Source: Fibrobacterales bacterium (GTDB lineage Bacteria; Fibrobacterota; Fibrobacteria; Fibrobacterales; JAOPTW01). From it: a stretch of DNA of 50,617 bases. The position numbers and the translations under genes are program-made. The stretch spans positions 38,664-89,280 of the forward strand of contig JAOPTX010000049.1 of assembly GCA_051532055.1 (NCBI GenBank), given 5' to 3'. A model generated the notes under the pieces. That model ran no database searches. It was not told the origin of the DNA and saw only the letters and a program-made list of their open reading frames with translations. Position 1 is the stretch's first letter, and each line of letters begins with the position of its first letter. Below, one piece after another: positions 9,329 through 18,086 of the stretch.

Positions 9329-10510
9329 ATTTCTGATTACTATCAAAGATCGCTCGCAGTGCATAAAGAAATGCGCGGCAAAATTACTATGGACTCTAAG
9401 CTACCAGTAGAGAACGCTGATGACCTTTCTATTGCCTACACCCCTGGTGTGGCAGAACCATGCCGAGAGATCGCTAAAGACCCTTCTCTTGCGAGAACTC
9501 TTACCTGTAAAGGCAACTCGGTTGCTATTGTTTCAGACGGTACTGCTGTACTTGGCTTAGGAAATATTGGCCCTGAAGCAGCGCTTCCGGTTATGGAGGG
9601 AAAAGCCCTTCTTATGAAGAAATTTGCTGATATTGATGCATGGCCCCTTTGTCTGAATACCACAGATCCTGATGAAATTATTGCGATATGCAAAGCTATA
9701 GCTCCAACATTTGGTGGAATTAACCTCGAAGATATTGCTGCACCAAATTGTTTTAAGATTGAAGATGCCCTTCAAGATATTGGTATCCCGGTTTTTCATG
9801 ATGATCAGCATGGTACTGCTATTGTAGTGTTAGCTGGATTAATTAATGCATCAAAAGTTACCGGCAAGAAGCTGGGTGACATGAAAGCAGTTATTGTAGG
9901 AGCGGGAGCAGCGGGTACCGCAATTGCTAAGCTTCTTCTTTGTAGTGACTTTAAAGATAAAACAGGGCTTGAGCCTCTGAAAGATGTGGTTGTCTGTGAC
10001 TCTAAAGGAGTTATAGCTGAGTGCCGCAATGATTTAAATAGTGCAAAAATTGAACTCCTCGAGTTGACCAATCAAGGGAATTTTTGTGGATCTATGATAG
10101 AGGCGTTGGGTGAAGCTGATATCTTTATTGGGGTGAGTAAGCCAAACTTACTCACACTCGAGAATATTGTCTCTATGAAAAAAGACCCAATTATTTTCGC
10201 TATGTCTAATCCTGTACCAGAGATTATGCCTGACCTTGCTAAAGCGGGTGGTGCAGTAGTAGTTGGTACTGGTCGTTCTGACTTTCCTAATCAGGTCAAT
10301 AATGTTCTTGCATTCCCTGGAATCTTTAGAGGAGCACTTGATGCGCAAGCAACGCGTATTACTCCAAGAATGAAGATTGAGGCAGCGTATGCAATTGCAG
10401 CGTGTGTGACAGAGCCGACTGCCGATAAAGTACTTCCTGGTCCCTTTGATCCAGGTGTTGCAGAGGCAGTTGCTGAAGCAGTTAAAAAATGTGCCCTTGA
10501 GGGTAAGTAG
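9329..10510 (+). CDS. NAD(P)-dependent malic enzyme
   Basis: LSIAYTPGVAEPC, DGTAVLGLGNIG, PVMEGKALL, INLEDIAAP, FHDDQHGTA, GAGAAG, TGRSDFPNQVNN; start extended from GTG 9359 to a probable ATT at 9329. Confidence 0.95.
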   Translation: MSDYYQRSLAVHKEMRGKITMDSKLPVENADDLSIAYTPGVAEPCREIAKDPSLARTLTCKGNSVAIVSDGTAVLGLGNIGPEAALPVMEGKALLMKKFADIDAWPLCLNTTDPDEIIAICKAIAPTFGGINLEDIAAPNCFKIEDALQDIGIPVFHDDQHGTAIVVLAGLINASKVTGKKLGDMKAVIVGAGAAGTAIAKLLLCSDFKDKTGLEPLKDVVVCDSKGVIAECRNDLNSAKIELLELTNQGNFCGSMIEALGEADIFIGVSKPNLLTLENIVSMKKDPIIFAMSNPVPEIMPDLAKAGGAVVVGTGRSDFPNQVNNVLAFPGIFRGALDAQATRITPRMKIEAAYAIAACVTEPTADKVLPGPFDPGVAEAVAEAVKKCALEGK

Positions 10511-10530
10511 TTTTTTCATTTCTTCTTTTT

Positions 10531-10563
10531 ACAAAAGCCATACCTGAAAGGTATGGCTTTTGT
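10531..10563 (+). terminator. Rho-independent terminator
   Basis: ACAAAAGCCATACCT-GAA-AGGTATGGCTTTTGT perfect hairpin followed by T-rich sequence. Confidence 0.9.
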
Positions 10564-10598
10564 TGTTTTTGATTTCTACTTGGTTTTTTTAGCATAAT

Positions 10599-10868
10599 TC
10601 CCGGGGTTTCACCTCAGACCCGACCAAAGGGCTGTCCACCTAGGTGATTGATAAGGGGAAGAGTGATGAACAATTATTCATCTCGTACCCTTCGTGGATA
10701 TAAAGCGCTTCGCGCGAAAGCTGCTGGCACAGGATTTTTTAAGGAGTCCTGCGCCCGAAATTAACCTTCCCATGCGCAAAGCGCACATATTACATCATAT
10801 CAGCACTCTCATACACCACCTTTTGACCATCCAAAAGGTAGGCCGCGTCTGGGGCCGGCGCCCCGGGA
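10599..10868. repeat. GC-rich palindromic intergenic element with imperfect terminal inverted repeats (MITE/REP-like or structured RNA)
   Basis: Left TCCCGGGG-N5-CCTCAGACCCGACC pairs with right GGCCGCGTCTGGGG-N6-CCCCGGGA; several internal hairpins. Confidence 0.55.
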
Positions 10869-10904
10869 GCTACCCAATATAAACCATCATAAATCATAAA
10901 CAAT

Positions 10905-10940
10905 AAATAAAAAAAGGGGCTATATACAATAGTCCCTTTT
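10905..10940 (-). terminator. Rho-independent terminator for the 75-aa ORF
   Basis: AAAAGGGGCTAT-ATACA-ATAGTCCCTTTT hairpin with an A-tract on the left (U-tail on the minus strand). Confidence 0.7.
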
Positions 10941-10971
10941 ACTGTGGTTTGTGTTGACCCTCTATGAGTTA

Positions 10972-11199
10972 TTAGAGATGCTCTGAATCCCGACAGGGAG
11001 CTGAACAGCGACGCGCAATACCACAGTCACAGCGGCTGGGGAATGGATCGGAGCGGTTGTTCTCAAAGGAGTAGACATTGAGAGCGGAATTATGCAGATA
11101 AGTAATAGTAGGTTTATGTTCACTGGATTTTACGGTAAGTGCTGCAACTCCTAATAGAATCGCCGTGGTAATAATCTGATTTGACCAATGAATATTCAT
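10972..11199 (-). CDS. Small putative exported Cys-tailed protein (75 aa)
   Basis: GAGAAGGT RBS-like sequence upstream, hydrophobic N-terminal segment, own terminator, C-terminal CDCGIARRCSAPC. Confidence 0.55.
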   Translation of the reverse strand: MNIHWSNQIITTAILLGVAALTVKSSEHKPTITYLHNSALNVYSFENNRSDPFPSRCDCGIARRCSAPCRDSEHL

Positions 11200-11401
11200 A
11201 ACAACAACCTTCTCATAAGATGATAGATTAATAGTATACCGAAAATACGTAAGGAAATACAGTAGTCTAGCACGACCTTTGTATTGGTATATAATTTTTA
11301 GTATGTAGAGTCAAAACAGGCCGGAATAGGCAATTTATATGTGTAGGAACTTTAGAGCTTTCAATTGTGTTTGGGAAGTTGTAGAGTAAATGATATTCTG
11401 A

Positions 11402-12205
11402 TCATTCAGAAAGTTCTGGAAACTGTTCTGTTATCACTTTTTTATATTGCTTTGCTTCATCAATAAAATAAGATCCTGATGAGGGAAAGTCTGAAATGAG
11501 TGAGTTGAGAAGGGAGACCAACAGAGTCGCATCGCCACCATTGAGTGCAGTAAAGAATGTATCTATTGTTTTTAGTTTACCAGCAAGAGTTGTGTGTTTT
11601 GGAGCTTTATCAAGCACGGGGAGTTCTAAATTTTCGCGCATAAACTGATACATGTTTAATAGCTGAGGCCTGCGTTCACTCAGTTCAGGCTGGTAATAGA
11701 AGTCGATCCATCCTTCTAGATTGAGGCTCATCATAAAATAGGGTTCACTATAATCAATGTTAGCTTTGTCTGCAAGCTCTCTTATTACGGTGAGCATACC
11801 TTCCAGCTTATTATTGGTGAGGTTTTTGTGGACATCAGGATTGCGGTCACAAAAGACCATTTCTTTAGACTCAAAAACTCTGAGTGCATCATGCCCATGA
11901 AGGCGACAAGCGAGGGCTCGACCAGGATAAATTTCACAGCGTCCATGGTCCATATTTTGAAACCGGCAATGACTATTACCGACATATATGGTGTGTTCAA
12001 TCCGTGGTTTTAGGATGTAGTTACGGAGTCCCTCTTCACCAAAAAGCTCTTTACCGTGCAGCATCATGTTGATAAATTCAACGAGTGTCATGGTAGGGCA
12101 GACACAACAATCCCCCCAACAACCAGTACAGTCGAGGCTGGGAACTGAGTCGAGAAGATTTTGGAGTTTGGGTTTAATGTCCTTGGGGTAACTCATAGGT
12201 GCCAT
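11402..12205 (-). CDS. YkgJ-family (CxxCxxCC) cysteine-cluster protein
   Basis: CTGCWGDCCVC, then CRF...RCEIYPGRALACR pattern. Confidence 0.8.
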   Translation of the reverse strand: MAPMSYPKDIKPKLQNLLDSVPSLDCTGCWGDCCVCPTMTLVEFINMMLHGKELFGEEGLRNYILKPRIEHTIYVGNSHCRFQNMDHGRCEIYPGRALACRLHGHDALRVFESKEMVFCDRNPDVHKNLTNNKLEGMLTVIRELADKANIDYSEPYFMMSLNLEGWIDFYYQPELSERRPQLLNMYQFMRENLELPVLDKAPKHTTLAGKLKTIDTFFTALNGGDATLLVSLLNSLISDFPSSGSYFIDEAKQYKKVITEQFPELSE

Positions 12206-12404
12206 GGGTGTGGGGGTTGTATGAAAGGTAATCTATCACTCCTCTATTGTGTAAAAAAAGACCTTTCTATGCGGGAGAGGGGATTATTTAGAGGGGAATT
12301 ATATCAACATCGAACTTTTAACTCTATCTGAGCTCTAGGCAATGCATGGGTATAGGGCTCTGTTACTATTTTACTACCTTTAACAAAAAACACTGAGATC
12401 TACA

Positions 12405-12845
12405 ATGAGAACAATACCTGAAATCCAAGAAGAGATAAAGAATGAGTTTGATGCCCTTCCCGATAATGATCACAAATGGAAACATGTGATTGGTTTGGCA
12501 CGGAGTCATGAAGCAATTGATGAGTCCCTCAAAGAAGAAAAATTCTTGGTTAAAGGGTGCGCAACCCGTTTGTTTCTTATCCCTAAATTTGAAGATGGAT
12601 TTTTGAAACTCTTTATTGATACTGATTCCGGTGGCGAATCACCGCTTATCGTTCGTGGACTCGCTTCACTTGCACATCGATTGTATAATGGACAATCTCC
12701 AAAGGACATTCTTGGGACTGATCCTGCATTTTTTCAAGAGATTGGTTTAACCGTAGCTCTTTCTGCGACTCGCGCAAATGGATTTGCATCAATGCTTAAG
12801 CAGATCTACATGTATGCACAAGTCTATGCGGCAATGTCAAAATAG
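12405..12845 (+). CDS. sufE: SufE-family sulfur acceptor
   Basis: LVKGC with the conserved Cys, IVRGLA, GQSPKDIL, LSATRANG. Confidence 0.92.
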   Translation: MRTIPEIQEEIKNEFDALPDNDHKWKHVIGLARSHEAIDESLKEEKFLVKGCATRLFLIPKFEDGFLKLFIDTDSGGESPLIVRGLASLAHRLYNGQSPKDILGTDPAFFQEIGLTVALSATRANGFASMLKQIYMYAQVYAAMSK

Positions 12846-12889
12846 GTAATTTTTAAGTACTCAGAAAGTATTCATAAGAGTACTGTGAT

Positions 12890-12933
12890 TTACATAAAAA
12901 AGGCTTCTCGCTTGAGAAGCCTTTTTTATGTAA
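12890..12933. terminator. Bidirectional terminator between convergent genes
   Basis: TTACATAAAAAAGGCTTCTC-GCTT-GAGAAGCCTTTTTTATGTAA, a 20-bp perfect inverted repeat. Confidence 0.92.
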
Positions 12934-12937
12934 TATT

Positions 12938-15787
12938 TTAACCTTTAAAGTTCCACTGAACACCGTATTTGAAGGTGACTCCCCAGGGGCTATAGCCGAC
13001 ATCAGTGTTATATATTGAGTGATTCATGTTGTCGATCCGAATATAGATCTGGAAATCTGATATTTTGAGTCTTGTTTCAAAATCATTGACGAGATAGTGG
13101 CCCAAAAATTCTTTCTCAGCTTGTGTGGTCTTTGACCGAGCCCAAGTATGCCGCCCCCCAAACCACTCCCACTCCCATTTTATTTGGATGCCGAGCTTAT
13201 CGTTGACCAATACATCAGACCAGATGATTGAACCTTTGTAGTTGCGCCGGTATAGATTATTAATTGTTGTTTTAAGGTTTGCTCCAGAGAGAGAATTTGA
13301 AAGCTGCCACTGACGTTCAAGATAGAATGTCCAGTTGCCAAGAGCAAAGCCCGCACCGATATGGGCAATAACTGTTTCGGCATACTTATAATTTTTTTGC
13401 GAAAAAACGAGAGAATCGTGAGCTGTTTCAGTGAATAATGAATCATAAGCCGTGACTACTTGAGCAGAACTGTCAGAGTTCAATACTACAACACCAGAAT
13501 CATCATAGACTGTGTCTTTTACGATGAGAAAGTTTTCATCATATTTGATTGACGTGGTAATTGTTGTATCCAAATTGTCTGCATCCCACACCGATGAGCC
13601 AATGTAGTTACGGACAAATTCACCGCGCAAACCACCGCTCAGTTTAATATCGAATGCCGTTAGGTCAACACGACTTGAAGCAACTTGGATCTCTTCGGCG
13701 ATGAGTTTTGCGTTAGGATATTTAAGGCGGGCACTATTGTAAAAATATTTTTGGCTCACATCAGGAACTTTATCATATCTCTGGTAAAAACCGTGAAAGG
13801 TTGCAAAGGGTTCTATGGGGGTATTAACAACCGTGAGGTCATAGGTGAGTGCTGGGGCATAGTGGGTAGAACCTTGAGATACCGAGCGAGAATACCCTGC
13901 CTGGATGCGTTGGGTGATTCTTTGGAATAGGTCGAGGGTGTGTTCAAGATAAGTAAGTTCACTATACTGACTCAGTTTATCTGGTACATTGAGTCGAATA
14001 GAGGGTTGTGGTATATAGTTATCAACCAAACGATACTCTCCTTCATAATGGAGAGAAGGGAGGTAGTGGTGGTGCGGCTCGATACTGCCACTTATTGAAT
14101 AGAACGTTTGTTCTGTCGAAGTGTTTTGTTGAAAATCATCATACCCTAATGAGTCTCGGTAGTATTCAAGGGTATCGGAGGGGTATCGCTTAATATTGTT
14201 GCTTTCAGGGAGAATATAGGTTGAATTGAGAACATCGGGAAGTTCATATGAGTGTATTAAATCGGTATATGAGAACTCTGAATAGATTCGACTAGAAAAT
14301 TGATTTGTTTGCAAGGCAGTTCCAAGGCGGGTTTCTCGCGTTTTAGTTGAATAATGGTAGGCTGAATAACTTGAAGGAAGATAGCGATTACTGGTAAGTG
14401 TATCTATTTCAGGCATGATACTTGGAGCGTCATCGCTCGACTCATACAGTAGATTTGCATAGGCCTTAAATTGAAGGTTCGGTAAGAAAAAGGTGAGGGC
14501 CGGTGAAAAAAGTTGATTGTCTATCTTGAGATTACGGCCTGAGAAAGGGATTGATACAGAGTCTCGTTGCATTGTTGCAAGGTAAAATTGGTGGGTCTGA
14601 TTGGCATAATTCCAACTTGCCGAAGAATCAGTTGCGTTGGAACGACCATAGAGTTGAAAAATGATGGAGTCAGTCACTTGACGCTGAAATTCAATGTCAA
14701 AATGACTACTCGAAGCAGGGCCTCTGAGCCAGTTTACTTTAACGACGGGCGTATCGGATAGGGTAATTACGGGGTCTGGAGTGAGGAGACCATTCTCATT
14801 GTTCAGATTAAGGGTTGAAGGATCATAATTGAAATCGGAACGTGCCCAAATTCCTGCAAGCTTTAGGGGGTAGTGAGTGTATGATAGTGTGTGACCATTC
14901 ATCATTTTAAATCCGGTAACTCCCAGTATTGTTGCACCACTACGTACCTCAGCTTTATGGCCATGGTATTCATATTCAATAGGATACAACATACTATGAA
15001 CGCGTGCTGCATGTGCTGGACTTTTAGGGTCAGTGGTAAAAGCTGATGAGAAAAGATATTGTGCTAATGAGTCTGAGATAAGGGGAATTGGTTCAATGCC
15101 GAGAATTTTTTGACAAGTAGCTATCAAGGCGATAGAATCTTGAGGAAGGTGGCTTTGTATCTGTAATTGAGTATTGGGAATTGAGTCCCTTAGGGCGGAA
15201 GCAAGAGAGTCTTGATGTGATAGAGAATCCCCAATCTTTAAAAAATTGTTGGTTGAATCGGTCATTACTAATGAATCTGTAGGTTGCACTGGAGTAAGAG
15301 AGGGAGTGCTTTGAGTAACGGCAATAGTGCTATCGTTAGTGGAGTCTTTTGATAAGGTACTCAGTGCCAATGTTGAATCAAGAAGAGGTTGAGAAAGAGT
15401 TGTGTCTGAATTTGTAGAATTGATTATTGTTGTATCGGTCGCTAGACTTAGAGTATTGTGGAGCGTATCATTTGGGTTTGATAGTGAGTCGGATGTACTT
15501 ACATCTAATATCTCCATGCAGTGGGCACTGTCTTGGGCTGTAAACGTTAAAGATATCGGTTCATTGAGATGTTTAGGCGAGCCCTTAACCGTTACCGTAA
15601 TTGATTTTGGGGGAGTGGGGGGCTCTTCAATTACTCCCTGTATACTGTCTGAAACTTCGTTTTTAATGTCCTTAGCTTTTTTTAAGGTACGAGAGAGAGT
15701 TGGAGAATTTACGGTAATAGATCGACTATAGACATCAGTGGCTAATAATGAAAAGAGTAGAAAGAAGCAGATAAAATAATGTTTCAA
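12938..15787 (-). CDS. Large outer-membrane beta-barrel protein (putative porin / TonB-dependent-like)
   Basis: Signal peptide from probable TTG 15787 (ORF track starts 15829), low-complexity D/S/T N-terminal region, amphipathic strands, C-terminus FKYGVQWNFKG. Confidence 0.7.
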   Translation of the reverse strand: MKHYFICFFLLFSLLATDVYSRSITVNSPTLSRTLKKAKDIKNEVSDSIQGVIEEPPTPPKSITVTVKGSPKHLNEPISLTFTAQDSAHCMEILDVSTSDSLSNPNDTLHNTLSLATDTTIINSTNSDTTLSQPLLDSTLALSTLSKDSTNDSTIAVTQSTPSLTPVQPTDSLVMTDSTNNFLKIGDSLSHQDSLASALRDSIPNTQLQIQSHLPQDSIALIATCQKILGIEPIPLISDSLAQYLFSSAFTTDPKSPAHAARVHSMLYPIEYEYHGHKAEVRSGATILGVTGFKMMNGHTLSYTHYPLKLAGIWARSDFNYDPSTLNLNNENGLLTPDPVITLSDTPVVKVNWLRGPASSSHFDIEFQRQVTDSIIFQLYGRSNATDSSASWNYANQTHQFYLATMQRDSVSIPFSGRNLKIDNQLFSPALTFFLPNLQFKAYANLLYESSDDAPSIMPEIDTLTSNRYLPSSYSAYHYSTKTRETRLGTALQTNQFSSRIYSEFSYTDLIHSYELPDVLNSTYILPESNNIKRYPSDTLEYYRDSLGYDDFQQNTSTEQTFYSISGSIEPHHHYLPSLHYEGEYRLVDNYIPQPSIRLNVPDKLSQYSELTYLEHTLDLFQRITQRIQAGYSRSVSQGSTHYAPALTYDLTVVNTPIEPFATFHGFYQRYDKVPDVSQKYFYNSARLKYPNAKLIAEEIQVASSRVDLTAFDIKLSGGLRGEFVRNYIGSSVWDADNLDTTITTSIKYDENFLIVKDTVYDDSGVVVLNSDSSAQVVTAYDSLFTETAHDSLVFSQKNYKYAETVIAHIGAGFALGNWTFYLERQWQLSNSLSGANLKTTINNLYRRNYKGSIIWSDVLVNDKLGIQIKWEWEWFGGRHTWARSKTTQAEKEFLGHYLVNDFETRLKISDFQIYIRIDNMNHSIYNTDVGYSPWGVTFKYGVQWNFKG

Positions 15788-15866
15788 AGAAAAACCATAA
15801 TTGAGGCTGTTTGAGCCTAAAAATAGCAAAATCGTAGGAGTATGGGTGGAGTACTGTATATGATGA

Positions 15867-16100
15867 TTAATTTGCTAGTGAGTCCTCACTATCAGGAAGT
15901 GAATCAATTAAAATTGCGTTATAGGGCAGAGTATCGGGGACCAATAGTTTTAGGGGTTCTGGTTCTGCCGTTATTTCATTTCCGGTGATTGAACCACCAG
16001 AAAGCTGATTTGTAGGTTTTTGAATAGAAATCATAACAAGACTCAAAATGATTACTAGTCCAAAGAGGAGTAAGCCGGGGATAATAAGTTTCCGTATCAT
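15867..16100 (-). CDS. Small membrane-anchored hypothetical protein (77 aa)
   Basis: N-terminal TM helix; ATGA overlap with the upstream gene. Confidence 0.7.
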   Translation of the reverse strand: MIRKLIIPGLLLFGLVIILSLVMISIQKPTNQLSGGSITGNEITAEPEPLKLLVPDTLPYNAILIDSLPDSEDSLAN

Positions 16101-16942
16101 GTGTCACCCTGCTCGGTAGGTTTTATTGTTTGAGATAGAGGAAATAACGTGGTATTGAGGTGATATAAGCGGTCTGGGTTTGTATCACTATCGATTATCC
16201 CTGAAATTTTTTGATAGAGATACTCCAACTCTTCATTAATTTTTTCATAGGCTTCACGGGATACACCCATGGTAATTCCCGAAATATTGCGAATATGAGT
16301 GCCATCACGATCAATTGATTGCGCGCCTAATTCGAGCATTTTCTTATTGTGGGCTCGAATCGACATGGAATGGACATCAGGGCCACTCCTGATGATTTCA
16401 TCGACGAGGGTAAATTGTGTGCCATTTTGCTCAATAAGTCCCAATTTCAGAAGAAGGGCAACTGAGTTTTCTGCCTGTTTAGGGGTGATATGGGGAGTGA
16501 GCGTTTTAGCAAGGGCGCTATAACTGGTAAAAGGAAGGATACAGATGAGTTCCCGAATTGACTCATTATACCACTGCTTATAAAAGGCATAAAAATCTTT
16601 ACCAAGAATAGTTGGGTCAACAAAATGACCCATTTTGAGGAGCTGCTGATATGCTTTCTGTTTATCACTACTCGTTTTCCCTTGGTTAAATTCAATAAGG
16701 TATTTAAAGTAGGTCGCCTCATCGCGTCCCAGCTTCATTACCTGAAGAAATTTTTCACGAGTGCTTTGGGTAAGGTTACGTTTGCCTTGAATGATTTGTT
16801 GATAAAAAACTGGCGACTGTATCCCCGCTTTATGCAAAAAATAGCGATAAGAAAATTTTTTGTTAACACGTTTATTCAAATTATAGTAGTCCCTTAGGTA
16901 GTCCCTATAATTTAGATAGTTGTATATGGATACAGTCGCCAT
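16097..16942 (-). CDS. TIGR02147-family protein (putative HTH DNA-binding, DUF4423-like)
   Basis: IYNYLNYRDYLRDYY...FSYRYF..KAGIQSP...GKRNLT...E..YF..L..FNQ, WY..SIRE, R.ISGIT.GVS, RLYHLN..LFPLS; start at ATG 16942. Confidence 0.88.
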   Translation of the reverse strand: MATVSIYNYLNYRDYLRDYYNLNKRVNKKFSYRYFLHKAGIQSPVFYQQIIQGKRNLTQSTREKFLQVMKLGRDEATYFKYLIEFNQGKTSSDKQKAYQQLLKMGHFVDPTILGKDFYAFYKQWYNESIRELICILPFTSYSALAKTLTPHITPKQAENSVALLLKLGLIEQNGTQFTLVDEIIRSGPDVHSMSIRAHNKKMLELGAQSIDRDGTHIRNISGITMGVSREAYEKINEELEYLYQKISGIIDSDTNPDRLYHLNTTLFPLSQTIKPTEQGDT

Positions 16943-17107
16943 AAGTATAATGTATCCAAAAGAGTGATATAGTCCTAATGAAACCATCAGAAAAGTGGTT
17001 TTTAGAGCTTTTTAAGGCTATAATTTGAGGTGGATTGGCTTTTATTATGTATTCAAATTTTAATGTAAAAATTAATTTATATTAAATGATGATTCAGAGG
17101 CGACGGC

Positions 17108-17641
17108 GTGATGATGAAAAAAAATGGATTCACTTTATTGGAACTCATAGCGGTGATAGCGATCATTGGAATTATCGCTTCAATGGCTACGGTTTCTTTT
17201 AAAGGGAGTATCGACAATGCTAATGTAGAGTCGGGCGGTACTCAGTTTTGGAGTTTCCTAAAATATGTGACTGCTAAAACCAAAGAAGACGCCATGAAAA
17301 ACTACTCTATAAGCTATACCACAGGAAGTAACACCTATCGGTTACACGATAGTACGTCATGTGATATGAATAAGGTAGTAGAAACAAACATATTGGGAAC
17401 TAATAATAGCTCACTCATTTTTGCTGCTGGATGTAACGGGTGCCCCATATGTAACGTAAATGTTAATGCTTGGCAGAATGGTTCCTGTATATCTGTGGTT
17501 AATACTATTGGAAGCCCTTTGCCTCAAGGATGTGTTACTATTAGCCAGCAAGGGGGAGGAGGACTTCAGATGGCTGTGGTTAAGAATGGACTTGATGTAC
17601 GCCCACTTCTCTTTAAGAATAGCGGTGGAGGGTGGCAATGA
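17108..17641 (+). CDS. Type IV minor pilin, FimU/FimT(GspH)-like
   Basis: Prepilin cleavage site KNG|FTLLELIAVIAIIGII with Glu5; Cys-rich C-domain. Confidence 0.88.
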   Translation: MMMKKNGFTLLELIAVIAIIGIIASMATVSFKGSIDNANVESGGTQFWSFLKYVTAKTKEDAMKNYSISYTTGSNTYRLHDSTSCDMNKVVETNILGTNNSSLIFAAGCNGCPICNVNVNAWQNGSCISVVNTIGSPLPQGCVTISQQGGGGLQMAVVKNGLDVRPLLFKNSGGGWQ

Positions 17642-18084
17642 TAACGGTACCAGAAGATAAAAGGCAAAAGGGTGCGGGCCTCATAGAGGTTCTTATTGCC
17701 TTGTTTTTACTTTCACTTACTTTTAGTGCACTCCATATTATGCAGTTGGGCAACCGTAAGGTATTATCAAATCTTGAAGGACGAAATTTTGCAATGGTTG
17801 CAGCACAAGAAGTTATGGATTCGTTACGGTTGGTTGGAGCGCCCGCTATTGTCGGCGCAACTGCAGAAAATCCTGGGATACGAAATTTTACTCAAACGAT
17901 AGTAACAGGAGAAGGGGCGTCAGTCATTAAAAATGTGAGAGTGCAGTATAGTATAGAAAATACTATTTCTGAGACTGACCAGTTGGGGAACACCATAATA
18001 AAAACTCATGATATACGTGTTGAGTCTCAGTGGCAAACAGGGGTAACCCCCCATTCACTTACTTTTAATATTACGGTAAACTAA
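17632..18084 (+). CDS. Type IV minor pilin, PilV(GspI)-like
   Basis: QKG|AGLIEVLIAL with Glu5, followed by AMVAAQEVMDSLR helix. Confidence 0.85.
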   Translation: MAMITVPEDKRQKGAGLIEVLIALFLLSLTFSALHIMQLGNRKVLSNLEGRNFAMVAAQEVMDSLRLVGAPAIVGATAENPGIRNFTQTIVTGEGASVIKNVRVQYSIENTISETDQLGNTIIKTHDIRVESQWQTGVTPHSLTFNITVN

Positions 18085-18086
18085 CG

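Noticed and set aside
10599..10868. Possible tmRNA, RNase P RNA or SRP RNA
   Set aside because: No tRNA-like GGGG...TTCGA...CCA ends, no GAGGAAAGTCC RNase P core and no SRP GGAA-loop motif seen on either strand.
10694..10882. 62-aa ORF within the palindromic element
   Set aside because: No RBS or recognisable motif; better explained as a chance ORF in a structured non-coding element.
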